This document shows positions 7,751-17,624 of a stretch of 64,000 nucleotides of DNA, in pieces (the stretch's first letter is position 1; every line of letters begins with the position of its first letter). The notes below the pieces were generated by a model. That model was given only the letters and a program-made list of their open reading frames with translations, made no database searches and was not told the DNA's origin. Origin of the DNA: an uncultured Phenylobacterium sp. GTDB taxonomy: Bacteria; Pseudomonadota; Alphaproteobacteria; Caulobacterales; Caulobacteraceae. Both the position numbers and the translations under genes were made by a program. The DNA is taken from NCBI GenBank assembly GCA_964495645.1, contig CAZBXO010000003.1:1756-65755 (forward strand), written 5' to 3'.

Positions 7751-9460
7751 ATGAGCGAGGACGACTTCCAGCTGCGGATCGGGCGGATCCGCTCGCGGCC
7801 CTCGGGCGGGACCAAGACCTTCGTCGGCCAGGCCCTCGCCGCGGCGCAGCGCGCCGGCGGCCTCGTGCGTCGCGGGAGTAGCCGGAGCTCGACGTTCGGC
7901 CGGGGTCGGGCTGCAAGCCTGCGGGCCGCGCCGGCCGCGCCGTTCGGCAGGACCCGCGGTGCGGTCGTGAAGGCGCGGGTCGTGCGCGCCGGCCCGGGAC
8001 GCGCGCCCTTGTCCCGGCACCTGCAATACCTGCAGCGCGAGGGCGTCACCCCGGAGGGCGACCGCGGCCGGTTGTTCGACGCGGCGGGGGACGAGGCGGA
8101 CAGCGCGTCGTTTGCCGAACGCTGCCAGGGCGACCGGCACCACTTCCGCTTCATCGTCTCACCCGACGATGCCGAGCGCTTACACGACCTGAAGGCCTAC
8201 ACCCGCGACCTGATGCGCCAGGCGGAGACGGACCTCGGCACGCGGCTCGACTGGGTGGCGGTCGACCACTGGAACACCGCCCATCCGCACCTGCACATCC
8301 TCGTGCGCGGCCGCACCGATGAGGGCGCGGACCTCGTCATCTCGCGCGACTACATCGCGGCGGGACTTCGGGCGCGGGCCGGCCAACTCGTGGAGCTCGA
8401 ACTCGGGCCGCGCACCGACCTCGAGATCCGTCACCAGCTGCAGGCGCAGATCGACGCCGATCGCTGGACACCACTCGACCGCAGCCTGGTCCGCAGCATC
8501 GGCGAGGACGGCTTGGTCGACGTCCGGCGGGGCGGGGGGCTCGATCCGCTTCACAGCGCTCGGGTCGGGCGGCTGCAGAAGCTCGGACGCCTGGGCCTCG
8601 CGGACGAGCGGCGGCCCGGCCGTTGGCGGCTCGCGCCGGACGCCGAGCCGACGCTCCGCGCCCTTGGCCAACAGCAGGACGTCATCGCCCGGCTGCACAA
8701 AGCGCTCAGCCGCCATGGCGAGCCGGATCTGTCGCGTGCGGTTCTGGATGGCGAGGCCGGCATTGTTGGACGTCTCTCGGCCCGCGGTCTGGACGACGAA
8801 TTGCGCGGCAGCGCCTACGCCGTGATCGAGGGGCTGGATGGTCGGGCGCACCACATCCGTTTGGGCGACCTGGACCACGCCGGCGATGCGCCGATCGGCG
8901 CCATGGTCGAGGTGCGGAGCCAGACCTGGGACGAGCGCCGCTCGCGCACCATCCTGCGCGTGCGGTCGGACCTCGATTTGCAGGCCCAGGTGCGTGCCGA
9001 CGGCGCGACCTGGCTGGACCGCCAGCTGGTCGGGACACGGCCGGACAGCTTGGGCTCGGGCGGGTTCGCCGATGAGGTCCGGGACGCGCTCTCCCAGCGC
9101 GCCGACCATCTGGCTGCGCGCGGCCTGGCGCGGCGCGCCGGCGCCCGCTGGATCTTCGCCCGCGACCTGCTGGAGACTCTGCGCGCCGACGAACTGGCCG
9201 GGGTCGCCGAACGGCTGGCGCAGGAGACCGGGCGGGCGCGCCAGGCGGTGTCGGGCGACGGCGCCGTGAGCGGGACCTATGCGCGCCGCCTCGACTTGGC
9301 CTCCGGCCGCTTCGCGATGCTGGAGGACGGGCTCGGCTTCACCCTCGTGCCCTGGCGGCCGGACATGGATCGCCACCTGGGCCAGCGGATCGAGGGCGTC
9401 ATGCGGCCGGGGCAGGGGATCGCCTGGAATTTCGCGCCGAAGCGCGGGCTCGGCCGATGA
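7751..9460 (+). CDS. rlxS: Relaxase (VirD2-like/RlxS, DUF3363)
   Basis: 'HLQYLQREG', 'DRHHFRFIVSP', HUH motif 'DHWNTAHPHLHILVRG', C-terminal 'LASGRFAM....FTLVPW'. Confidence 0.92.
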   Translation: MSEDDFQLRIGRIRSRPSGGTKTFVGQALAAAQRAGGLVRRGSSRSSTFGRGRAASLRAAPAAPFGRTRGAVVKARVVRAGPGRAPLSRHLQYLQREGVTPEGDRGRLFDAAGDEADSASFAERCQGDRHHFRFIVSPDDAERLHDLKAYTRDLMRQAETDLGTRLDWVAVDHWNTAHPHLHILVRGRTDEGADLVISRDYIAAGLRARAGQLVELELGPRTDLEIRHQLQAQIDADRWTPLDRSLVRSIGEDGLVDVRRGGGLDPLHSARVGRLQKLGRLGLADERRPGRWRLAPDAEPTLRALGQQQDVIARLHKALSRHGEPDLSRAVLDGEAGIVGRLSARGLDDELRGSAYAVIEGLDGRAHHIRLGDLDHAGDAPIGAMVEVRSQTWDERRSRTILRVRSDLDLQAQVRADGATWLDRQLVGTRPDSLGSGGFADEVRDALSQRADHLAARGLARRAGARWIFARDLLETLRADELAGVAERLAQETGRARQAVSGDGAVSGTYARRLDLASGRFAMLEDGLGFTLVPWRPDMDRHLGQRIEGVMRPGQGIAWNFAPKRGLGR

Positions 9461-9470
9461 GGAGGATGCC

Positions 9471-11447
9471 ATGACCGGCACCAAGGTGATGTGGGCGCAG
9501 TTGGCGCTCGTCTTCGTCCTGATCCTGGCCGGCGTCTGGGCCGCCACGGAATGGACCGCGTGGCGCTTGGGGTTCCAGCCGCAGCTTGGCGCGCCGTGGG
9601 CGGTCATCGCCGGGTGGCCAGTCTATCCGCTGCCGGCCTTCTTCTGGTGGTGGTTCGCCTACGACGCCTATGCGCCCGGCGTCTTCCTGGAAGGCGCTAT
9701 CATCGCCTGCAGCGGCGCCGGCGTCGCGGCCGTCGCCTCGATGGCGCTGTCGGTGTGGCGGGCGCGGGAGAGCCATGACGTGACCACCTACGGCTCGGCG
9801 CGCTGGGCGAAGCCGCGGGAGGTGGCGGCCGCAGGCCTGCTGGGCGACGACGGTGTGGTTCTGGGCAAGTGGCGCGGCGCCTACCTGCGGCACGACGGGC
9901 CTGAGCACGTCCTCTGCTTCGCTCCCACCCGCAGCGGCAAGGGCGTCGGCCTCGTCGTCCCGTCGCTGCTCACGTGGCCGGGCTCAGCCATCGTCCACGA
10001 CATCAAGGGCGAGAACTGGCAGCTGACCTCGGCCTGCCGCGCCGGCATCGGCCGGGTCCTGCTCTTCGACCCGACCAATCCGGAGAGTTCGGCCTACAAC
10101 CCGCTGCTCGAAGTCCGCCGCGGCGCCAATGAGGTGCGCGACGTCCAGAACGTGGCGGACATCCTCGTGGACCCGGAAGGGGCGCTCGAGCGGCGCTCCC
10201 ACTGGGAGAAGACCAGCCACAGCCTGCTGGTCGGCGCGATCCTGCACGTCCTCTACGCGGAGGCCGACAAGACGCTCGCGGGCGTCGCGGCGTTCCTGTC
10301 GGATCCGCGTCGGCCGATCGAGGCGACCTTGCGGGCGATGATGGCGACGCCGCATCTCGGCGACGGCCCCCATCCAGTGGTCGCCTCAACCGCCCGCGAG
10401 CTCCTGAACAAGAGCGAGAACGAACGCTCAGGCGTACTTTCCACTGCCATGTCGTTCCTGGGTCTTTACCGCGACCCCGTCGTGGCAGAGGTGACCCGGC
10501 GCTGCGACTGGCGGATCGCCGACCTGGTCGAGCGTGACCGGCCCGCGACCCTTTACCTCGTCGTGCCGCCGTCCGACATCAGCCGGACCAAGCCGCTGAT
10601 CCGCCTCGTGCTCAACCAGATCGGTCGGCGGCTGACCGAGGACCTGACCGCTCGGGGCCGCCGGCACCGCGTGCTGCTGGTGCTGGACGAGTTCCCGGCG
10701 CTGGGGCGTCTCGACTTCTTCGAGAGCGCGCTCGCCTTCATGGCCGGCTACGGGCTCAAGGCGTTCCTGATCGCCCAATCGTTGAACCAGATCGAGAAGG
10801 CCTACGGCGCCAACAACGCCATCCTCGACAACTGCCATGTGCGGGTCTGCTTCGCGACGAACGACGAGCGCACCGCCAGACGTGTGTCGGACGCGCTGGG
10901 GACCGCCACCGAGCTGCGGGCGATGAAGAACTACGCGGGACATCGGCTGTCGCCGTGGCTCGGCCACCTGATGGTGTCGCGCCAGGAGACCGCGCGGCCG
11001 CTGCTGACGCCGGGTGAGGTGATGCAACTGCCGCCGAACGACGAGCTGGTGATGGTCTCGGGCGCGCCGCCGGTCCGGGCGCAGAAGGTCCGCTACTTCG
11101 AGGACGCCGAGCTGCGTCGGCGCGTGGGAGCCGCCAGGCCAGGCGCGTCACCGCCCAAGGTCGCGGACGACTGGAGCGCATGCGCCCCGATCCCGGCGCC
11201 GCCGATGCGGACCCGACCCCGCGCGTCGGCCGGCGAGACGGAGGAGGGGGGCTTGCGGCTGGAGCCGGCGCCGCTCTTCGAGGACGCCGAGAGGCCGCCT
11301 CCGCCCCCACGGGAGTTCAGCTTCCTGGAACCGGACGAAGACGACGGCTTCGACGGGTTGGCAGGCGAGGACCAGGCGCAGCAGGCCCGCTTCCGCCGCG
11401 TGGCGCGTCAGGCATCCCTCGATCCCGACGACGGACTGGAGCTCTGA
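9471..11447 (+). CDS. traG: Conjugal coupling protein TraG/VirD4
   Basis: Walker A 'APTRSGKGVG', 'LDEFPALGRL', N-terminal TM helices. Confidence 0.95.
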   Translation: MTGTKVMWAQLALVFVLILAGVWAATEWTAWRLGFQPQLGAPWAVIAGWPVYPLPAFFWWWFAYDAYAPGVFLEGAIIACSGAGVAAVASMALSVWRARESHDVTTYGSARWAKPREVAAAGLLGDDGVVLGKWRGAYLRHDGPEHVLCFAPTRSGKGVGLVVPSLLTWPGSAIVHDIKGENWQLTSACRAGIGRVLLFDPTNPESSAYNPLLEVRRGANEVRDVQNVADILVDPEGALERRSHWEKTSHSLLVGAILHVLYAEADKTLAGVAAFLSDPRRPIEATLRAMMATPHLGDGPHPVVASTARELLNKSENERSGVLSTAMSFLGLYRDPVVAEVTRRCDWRIADLVERDRPATLYLVVPPSDISRTKPLIRLVLNQIGRRLTEDLTARGRRHRVLLVLDEFPALGRLDFFESALAFMAGYGLKAFLIAQSLNQIEKAYGANNAILDNCHVRVCFATNDERTARRVSDALGTATELRAMKNYAGHRLSPWLGHLMVSRQETARPLLTPGEVMQLPPNDELVMVSGAPPVRAQKVRYFEDAELRRRVGAARPGASPPKVADDWSACAPIPAPPMRTRPRASAGETEEGGLRLEPAPLFEDAERPPPPPREFSFLEPDEDDGFDGLAGEDQAQQARFRRVARQASLDPDDGLEL

Positions 11448-11450
11448 GCC

Positions 11451-11930
11451 ATGAAGAAGGTGCGCCTGTCGGTCTACCTCGAGCCAGAGACCATGGCGGC
11501 GCTCGAGGCGTTCGCCCGACGACGGGAGAAGCCGCTGTCTCTGGTCGCCGAGGCAGCGATCGCGTCCTTCATCACGCCGGACGAGGCCCAGCGGCAGGAG
11601 GCGGCGATCGTGCGTCGCCTCGACCAGCACACCCGCGCGGTCGAGCGGCTGGAGCGGAACCTCGGCATCTCCATCGAGACAATGGCGCTCTTCGTGCGCT
11701 TCTGGCTGACCACGACGCCGGCGGTGCCGGAGGCGCAGCAGGCCGCCGCCCAGGCGAAGGGGCGGGAGCGGTTCGAGGGTTTTGTCGCAGCGCTCGGGCG
11801 GCGGCTCGCCAAGGGTGCCAGTTTCACCAGGGAGATATCCGAAGACTATCTGCCGCCGGGCGCAACGACATCGGTCATGCAGGACGCATCAAGCCAGAGC
11901 TTGAACGCGGAGCCTTCGCCGCACAGATAG
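11451..11930 (+). CDS. CopG/RHH family protein of Tn4371-type ICEs
   Basis: 'RLSVYLEP', 'S.VAEAAIASF', 'ETMALFVRFWLT.TP'; follows traG. Confidence 0.85.
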   Translation: MKKVRLSVYLEPETMAALEAFARRREKPLSLVAEAAIASFITPDEAQRQEAAIVRRLDQHTRAVERLERNLGISIETMALFVRFWLTTTPAVPEAQQAAAQAKGRERFEGFVAALGRRLAKGASFTREISEDYLPPGATTSVMQDASSQSLNAEPSPHR

Positions 11931-11974
11931 CGACGGCAAAAAGCGGGCATGGCCGCGAGAGCCTGGGAGGCAAT

Positions 11975-12502
11975 ATGTCCGTTCCGAACACCGGTCGGTG
12001 GGCCGAGCTATCGGCAAAGTACAAGTTGGCGCGCGATAAGAGCAGTGACGAGGCGTTCCGCGTCGGCCGCCTCGCGATCCATCTGAAAGACGCTGTTGCC
12101 CGGGCGTGTGGGTGTAGCGCCGAGTACGTCCGACACTATTCCTACGAGCACGGCGCGACGCCCCAATACGACGAGTCAAAGCCGGTCTCGAACGGCTGGC
12201 GCTCAGTGGCGCGAGAAGAGGCGGGATGGGTGTTCGGCCTCGGTGTTCAGCTTGAGGTCGACGCGAACACACATCCCAAGACCATGGTCGTCTTCCCTTT
12301 CACTGTCGTCGTGTCGCCAGATCACTTTGACGTTCAGACGACGCTGCTGGCAGGGAGCGAGCGCATCCGAGCTGCGCCGCCGCAATACGCCGCAGATGTG
12401 GATGCTCTGGGGGAGCGGGTGTTTGAGGGCCTGAGCGAAGCCCTGGACAAATGGGCGGCAGGGGACGCTCGTGCTGGTGGCATCGGCTTCAGCTCCACTT
12501 AG
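11975..12502 (+). CDS. Hypothetical protein inserted between copG and trbB (175 aa)
   Basis: GGGAGG RBS and ATG at 11975; protein-like composition; no family recognised. Confidence 0.6.
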   Translation: MSVPNTGRWAELSAKYKLARDKSSDEAFRVGRLAIHLKDAVARACGCSAEYVRHYSYEHGATPQYDESKPVSNGWRSVAREEAGWVFGLGVQLEVDANTHPKTMVVFPFTVVVSPDHFDVQTTLLAGSERIRAAPPQYAADVDALGERVFEGLSEALDKWAAGDARAGGIGFSST

Positions 12503-12658
12503 CGCAACTCGGCGGCGTGGCGGGCAGTCGCTCGCCGATCTCCAGTGATCACACGCCGCAGCCCTACTACCCCTCTTCCGCTGTTGATCCGCCCGAATCC
12601 CGGCGCTCATTGATGTGCCCGTTGTCGAAGCCTTTCGGCTAGATGCGGAGCCTCTCCA

Positions 12659-13636
12659 GTGACCCTTGCCGCCGCTCATAGCGAGACCTTCGTCCGGAGC
12701 TCGCGGATGCTCCGGACCGCGCTCGGCCCGATGATCGGCCGCTGGTTAGATGACCCGAGTGTCGTCGAGGTGATGCTCAATCCAGACGGGCACCTCTGGC
12801 TGGATCGTTTGTCGAGTGGCTTGGAGGATAGCGGCGAAGGGCTCTCGGCCGCCGATGGCGAGCGCATTATTCGGCTTGTCGCGCACCACGTCGGCGCCGA
12901 AGTCCATCCGGCAAGCCCTCGGGTTTCGGCCGAGCTTCCGGAGAGCGGTGAGCGGTTCGAAGGCTTGCTGCCGCCCGTCGTGAGCGCACCGGCCTTCGCG
13001 ATCCGCAAGCCCGCGGTCGCGGTGTTCACGCTCGACGACTACGTCGCATCGAAGATCATGACCCGCAGCGAGGCGGACGCGCTGCGGACTGCGGTGACGG
13101 ACCGCAAGAACATCCTCGTCGCCGGCGGCACCTCGACCGGGAAGACGACGCTCGCCAATGCCCTCCTAGCCGAGGTCGCTGCGAGCGGCGATCGGGTCGT
13201 GCTGATCGAAGACACCCGCGAGCTGCAGTGCGCCGCGCCGAACCTCGTGGCGCTGCGGACCAAGGACGGGGTCGCCTCGCTCGCCGAACTCGTGCGGTCG
13301 TCGCTGCGATTGCGCCCGGACCGAATCCCGATCGGCGAGGTGCGCGGGGCCGAGGCGCTCGACCTCCTGAAGGCGTGGGGCACCGGCCATCCCGGCGGCG
13401 TCGGCACCATTCACGCCGGCAGCGCGCTGGGCGCCCTCCGCCGTCTCGAGCAGCTAGTGCAGGAAGCGGTCATGGTCGTGCCGCGCGCCTTGATCGGCGA
13501 AACGGTCGACCTGGTGGCCGTCCTCACGGGCCGCGGCGCGGAGCGCCGCCTCAGCGAGCTCTGCGCCGTCGATGGCCTCGGCGGCGACGGCGCATACGTC
13601 CTGCGTCCGCACCCCAGACTTGGAGACCCGGCATGA
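12659..13636 (+). CDS. trbB: P-type conjugative ATPase TrbB
   Basis: 'GGTSTGKTT', '[10 protein letters not shown]', '[15 protein letters not shown]', 'WGTGHPGG'. Confidence 0.95.
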   Translation: MTLAAAHSETFVRSSRMLRTALGPMIGRWLDDPSVVEVMLNPDGHLWLDRLSSGLEDSGEGLSAADGERIIRLVAHHVGAEVHPASPRVSAELPESGERFEGLLPPVVSAPAFAIRKPAVAVFTLDDYVASKIMTRSEADALRTAVTDRKNILVAGGTSTGKTTLANALLAEVAASGDRVVLIEDTRELQCAAPNLVALRTKDGVASLAELVRSSLRLRPDRIPIGEVRGAEALDLLKAWGTGHPGGVGTIHAGSALGALRRLEQLVQEAVMVVPRALIGETVDLVAVLTGRGAERRLSELCAVDGLGGDGAYVLRPHPRLGDPA

Positions 13637-13953
13637 TCCGCAGCCTGACCGCGCGCCTGTCTGGCGCCAGCGCAGCCCTGACCTGCGCGCTACTCGCGGG
13701 GCCCGCTCACGCCGGTGGGTCCTCCATGCCCTGGGAAGCGCCGCTGGAGAAGATCCTGCAGTCGATCGAAGGGCCGGTGGCGAAGATCATCGCGGTGATC
13801 ATCATCGTCACGACGGGCCTCACCCTGGCCTTCGGCGACACCTCGGGCGGGTTTCGCCGGCTGATCCAGATCGTCTTTGGTCTGTCGATCGCGTTCGCCG
13901 CCTCCAGCTTCTTCCTCTCGTTCTTCTCCTTCGGCGGCGGAGCGCTGATCTGA
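13633..13953 (+). CDS. trbC: Pilin TrbC
   Basis: 'AHAGGSSMPWEAPLEKILQSIEGPVAK...FGLSIAFAASSFFLSFFSFGGGA'. Confidence 0.93.
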   Translation: MIRSLTARLSGASAALTCALLAGPAHAGGSSMPWEAPLEKILQSIEGPVAKIIAVIIIVTTGLTLAFGDTSGGFRRLIQIVFGLSIAFAASSFFLSFFSFGGGALI

Positions 13954-14222
13954 TGCTCGCCGAGACCGACATCCCCGGGTTCGAGGCCCCAGTGCACCGC
14001 GCGCTCACCGAGCCGGTCCTGCTGGCCGGTGCGCCGCGGACCTTCGCGATCATCAACGGCACCCTGGCCGCCGCGCTGGGCCTCGGGCTGCGCCTGTGGA
14101 TCGCCGGCGTCCTTCTGTGGCTCGTGGGCCAGGCCTTCGGGATCTGGGCGGCGAAGAAGGATCCGCATTTCGTCGAGGTGGTTCGCCGCCACGTCCGCAT
14201 TCCGCCGGTGCTGGGGGTCTGA
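13953..14222 (+). CDS. trbD: TrbD (VirB3 family)
   Basis: 'PVHRALTEPVLLAGAPR', 'WAAKKDP'. Confidence 0.92.
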   Translation: MLAETDIPGFEAPVHRALTEPVLLAGAPRTFAIINGTLAAALGLGLRLWIAGVLLWLVGQAFGIWAAKKDPHFVEVVRRHVRIPPVLGV

Positions 14223-14224
14223 CG

Positions 14225-16675
14225 ATGTTTGACCTTCGCGAATACCGGTCCCGCGCCGCGCGCCTGCCAGACTACCTGCCCTGGGCTGCTCTGATCGGCC
14301 CGGGCGTCGTGCTCAACAAAGACGGGGCGTTCCAGCGCACGGCGCGCTTCCGCGGCCCCGATCTCGACTCTGCGACCGCCGCCGAACTGGTGGTGGCGTC
14401 GGCCCGGTTGAATGCGGCCCTGCGACGGCTCGGGTCGGGGTGGGCGATCTTCGTCGAGGCGCAGCGCAACGCGGCCGAGACCTATCCCTTGAGCGACTTC
14501 CCGGACCCGGTGTCGGCGCTCGTGGACGAGGAAAGGCGAGCAGCCTTCGAGGAGCATGGCGCGCACTTCGAGAGCGCTTACTTCCTGACGTTCGTCTATC
14601 TGCCGCCGGCCGAGCGGACCGCCCGCGCGGAAGGCTGGCTGTACGAGGGCCGCACGCAACGCGGCGTCGATTGGCGGGAGGCCATCGACGGGTTCGTGGA
14701 CCGCACGAACCGTGTCCTTGCTCTGCTGGAGGGCTTCGTGCCTGAGGCGGCTTGGCTGAACGACGCCGAGACCCTGACCTATCTTCATTCGACGGTCTCG
14801 ACGCGTCGGCATCGGGTCGGGGTGCCGGACACCCCGATGCACCTGGATGTGCTGCTGGCGGATGAACCGCTGATCGGCGGCCTCGAACCGCGCCTCGGCG
14901 ACGCCCACCTGCGCGTGCTGACCATCGCCGGCTTTCCCGCATCGACGTGGCCCGGCCTGCTGGACGAGCTCAACCGCCTCGCCTTTCCCTATCGCTGGAC
15001 GACGCGCGCGATCTGCCTCGACAAGGTGGACGCGGCGCGGTTGCTCGGCCGGATCCGCCGTCAGTGGTTCGCCAAGCGCAAGTCGATCATGGCGATCCTC
15101 AAGGAGGTCCTGACCAACGAGGCCGCCGTTCTTGTCGACACCGACGCGGAGAACAAGGCGCTCGACGCGGACGCCGCCCTCCAGGATCTCGGCGCCGACG
15201 CCGTCGGCCATGCCTATGTCACGGCCACGGTCTGCGTCTGGGATGAAAACCCCACGGCTGCCGACGCCAAGCTGCGTCTGGTGGAGAAGACCATCCAGGG
15301 CCGCGACTTCACCTGCATGGTGGAGACGCTCAACGCCGCGGAGGCATGGCTCGGCGGACTTCCGGGTCATGCCTACGCCAACGTCCGGCAGCCGCCCATC
15401 TCGACGTTGAACCTTGCGCACATGATCCCGCTTTCGGCGGTTTGGTCGGGCCCCGCTCGCAATCCCCACCTCGACGGGCCGCCACTGTTCTTCGCCAAGA
15501 CGGAGGGCTCCACGCCCTTCCGCTTCTCCACCCACCTTGGCGACGTCGGGCACAGCATGGTGGTCGGGCCCACCGGCGCCGGGAAGAGCGTGCTGCTGGC
15601 TCTAATGGCGCTGCAGTTCCGCCGCTATCGCAACGCCCAGGTGTTCGCGTTCGATTTCGGCGGCTCGATCCGTGCGGCTGCTCTCGCCATGGGCGGTGAC
15701 TTCCACGACCTCGGCGGCGCACTGGCGGACGACGGATCTGCGGCGGTCGCCCTTCAGCCCTTGGCTCGCATCGATGAGCCTTCCGAGCGGGCCTGGGCGG
15801 CTGAGTGGCTGGCCGGCTTGTTGTGCCGGGAAGGGGTCGTGGTTTCGCCCGAGGCGAAGGAGCACCTCTGGGCCGCCCTTGGCTCCCTCGGCTCCGCGCC
15901 GCTCCCAGAGCGGACGATCACCGGTCTGTCAGTCCTGTTGCAGTCCAACGATCTCAAGCGGGCGCTGCAGCCCTTCACCGTGGCTGGGCCCTGGGGTCGG
16001 CTGCTAGACGCCGAGAGCGAGCGGCTTGGCACGGCGGAGGTGCAGGCGTTCGAGACGGAGGGGCTCGTCGGGTCGGCCGCCGCGCCGGCCGTCCTGGCCT
16101 ATCTTTTCCATCGCATTCAGACACGCCTCGATGGTCGGCCGACCCTGGTGATCGTCGACGAGGGCTGGCTCGCGCTGGACGACGCGACCTTCGGCGCGCA
16201 GCTGCGCGAATGGCTGAAGACGCTCCGTAAGAAGAACGCGTCCGTTGTGTTCGCCACCCAGTCCTTGGCGGACATCGAGCAGAGCGCCATCGCCGCCTCA
16301 GTCGTCGAGAGCTGCCCGACGCGCATCTTCCTCCCGAACGACAGGGCGCAGGAGCCGCAGATCTCGGCCGCCTATGCGCGGTTTGGGCTGAACGCCCGGC
16401 AGGTCGAGATCCTCAGCCGCGCTATCCCCAAACGCGACTACTATTGCCAGTCGCGGCAGGGGAACCGGCTCTTTGAGCTCGGCCTCGGTGACGTGGCGCT
16501 CGCCTTCTGCGCCGCCTCCGCCAAGTCTGACCAGACTGCGATCGCCGGGCTTCTCGACCAACACGGCGCCGAGGGCTTCGCCGGCGCGTGGCTGCGTCAC
16601 CGCGGCCTCGACTGGGCAGCGGACCTTGTGAGGCTGCAGGCGCCCATCCCCCGCACCCCGGAGACAGCCCTATGA
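14225..16675 (+). CDS. trbE: TrbE (VirB4 ATPase)
   Basis: 'LNKDGAFQRT', Walker A 'GPTGAGKS', 'VDEGW', 'LKTLRKKNASVVFATQS'. Confidence 0.95.
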   Translation: MFDLREYRSRAARLPDYLPWAALIGPGVVLNKDGAFQRTARFRGPDLDSATAAELVVASARLNAALRRLGSGWAIFVEAQRNAAETYPLSDFPDPVSALVDEERRAAFEEHGAHFESAYFLTFVYLPPAERTARAEGWLYEGRTQRGVDWREAIDGFVDRTNRVLALLEGFVPEAAWLNDAETLTYLHSTVSTRRHRVGVPDTPMHLDVLLADEPLIGGLEPRLGDAHLRVLTIAGFPASTWPGLLDELNRLAFPYRWTTRAICLDKVDAARLLGRIRRQWFAKRKSIMAILKEVLTNEAAVLVDTDAENKALDADAALQDLGADAVGHAYVTATVCVWDENPTAADAKLRLVEKTIQGRDFTCMVETLNAAEAWLGGLPGHAYANVRQPPISTLNLAHMIPLSAVWSGPARNPHLDGPPLFFAKTEGSTPFRFSTHLGDVGHSMVVGPTGAGKSVLLALMALQFRRYRNAQVFAFDFGGSIRAAALAMGGDFHDLGGALADDGSAAVALQPLARIDEPSERAWAAEWLAGLLCREGVVVSPEAKEHLWAALGSLGSAPLPERTITGLSVLLQSNDLKRALQPFTVAGPWGRLLDAESERLGTAEVQAFETEGLVGSAAAPAVLAYLFHRIQTRLDGRPTLVIVDEGWLALDDATFGAQLREWLKTLRKKNASVVFATQSLADIEQSAIAASVVESCPTRIFLPNDRAQEPQISAAYARFGLNARQVEILSRAIPKRDYYCQSRQGNRLFELGLGDVALAFCAASAKSDQTAIAGLLDQHGAEGFAGAWLRHRGLDWAADLVRLQAPIPRTPETAL

Positions 16676-17400
16676 TCAGCAAGAAGCCCCGCTTGGTGGC
16701 GACGGCCATTGCACTGGCGCTCGCATGCGCGACTCCGTCGGCCGCGCAGCGCATCGTCTACGATCCGACGAACTACGCCTCCAACGTCATGCAAGCCGCC
16801 CGCGCGCTGGAGCAGATCAACAATCAGATCCGCAGCCTGCAGAACCAGGCGACAAGCCTGCAGAACCAGGCCCGCAACCTCGCGCAGCTGCCGTACTCGT
16901 CGCTGCAGACGCTGCAGGGCAACCTAGGCCGGGTCGGGGGGCTCATGCAGCAGGCCCAGCGGGTCGCCTACGACGTCCAGGCGATCGAACGGGAGTTCCG
17001 CCAGAACTACACGGTGGGCGCGGGCGCATCGGACGCGGCGTTGGTGGCGCAGGCGAACGCGCGTTGGCGCAACTCCGCCGCGGCGTTCGAGGACGCCCTT
17101 CGAGTCCAGGCCGGCGTCTTCGCCGGCCTCAATGGAGGCCGAACCGAACTCGGCAAACTCGTCGGCGAGAGCCAGGGCGCCGGTGGCATCCTGCAGGCCA
17201 CGCAAGCCGGTAACCAGCTGCTCGCCCTCCAAAGCCAGCAGCTGACAGATCTCACGGCGATGATCGCGGCGCAGGGGCGGGCAGCCGCGCTGGAGCAGGC
17301 GGACCGAGCTGCAAGTCGGACCCAGGCACAAGAGCAGTTTCGCCGCTTCATGGATCGGCGCCAGGGTTACCAGGCGCAACCTGTGGAGATCTTCAGATGA
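16672..17400 (+). CDS. trbJ: TrbJ
   Basis: Signal peptide, 'VYDPTNY..N', 'LQATQAGNQLLALQ'. Confidence 0.92.
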   Translation: MISKKPRLVATAIALALACATPSAAQRIVYDPTNYASNVMQAARALEQINNQIRSLQNQATSLQNQARNLAQLPYSSLQTLQGNLGRVGGLMQQAQRVAYDVQAIEREFRQNYTVGAGASDAALVAQANARWRNSAAAFEDALRVQAGVFAGLNGGRTELGKLVGESQGAGGILQATQAGNQLLALQSQQLTDLTAMIAAQGRAAALEQADRAASRTQAQEQFRRFMDRRQGYQAQPVEIFR

Positions 17401-17624
17401 CCAAGTCTGCCGTTCTGGTCCTCGTGCTGGCAGCTCTGTCGGGCTGCGGTCAGAAACCAGCAGCTGACAGGCCACCGGAGTCGCAAGGCGCTGCGGCTGT
17501 TGGTCAGGACAAGTGCGCACGAGGCGGCATGGATGCTGCCAACGACCCCGGTTGTAAGGCAGCGGCCGACGAGCGCTTCGACAAATTCATCAATGGGGGA
17601 GGCGATGAACACCGGCGTCGCTGA
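17397..17624 (+). CDS. trbK: TrbK-like entry-exclusion lipoprotein
   Basis: Lipobox LSGC and two further Cys; lies between trbJ and trbL. Confidence 0.7.
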   Translation: MTKSAVLVLVLAALSGCGQKPAADRPPESQGAAAVGQDKCARGGMDAANDPGCKAAADERFDKFINGGGDEHRRR

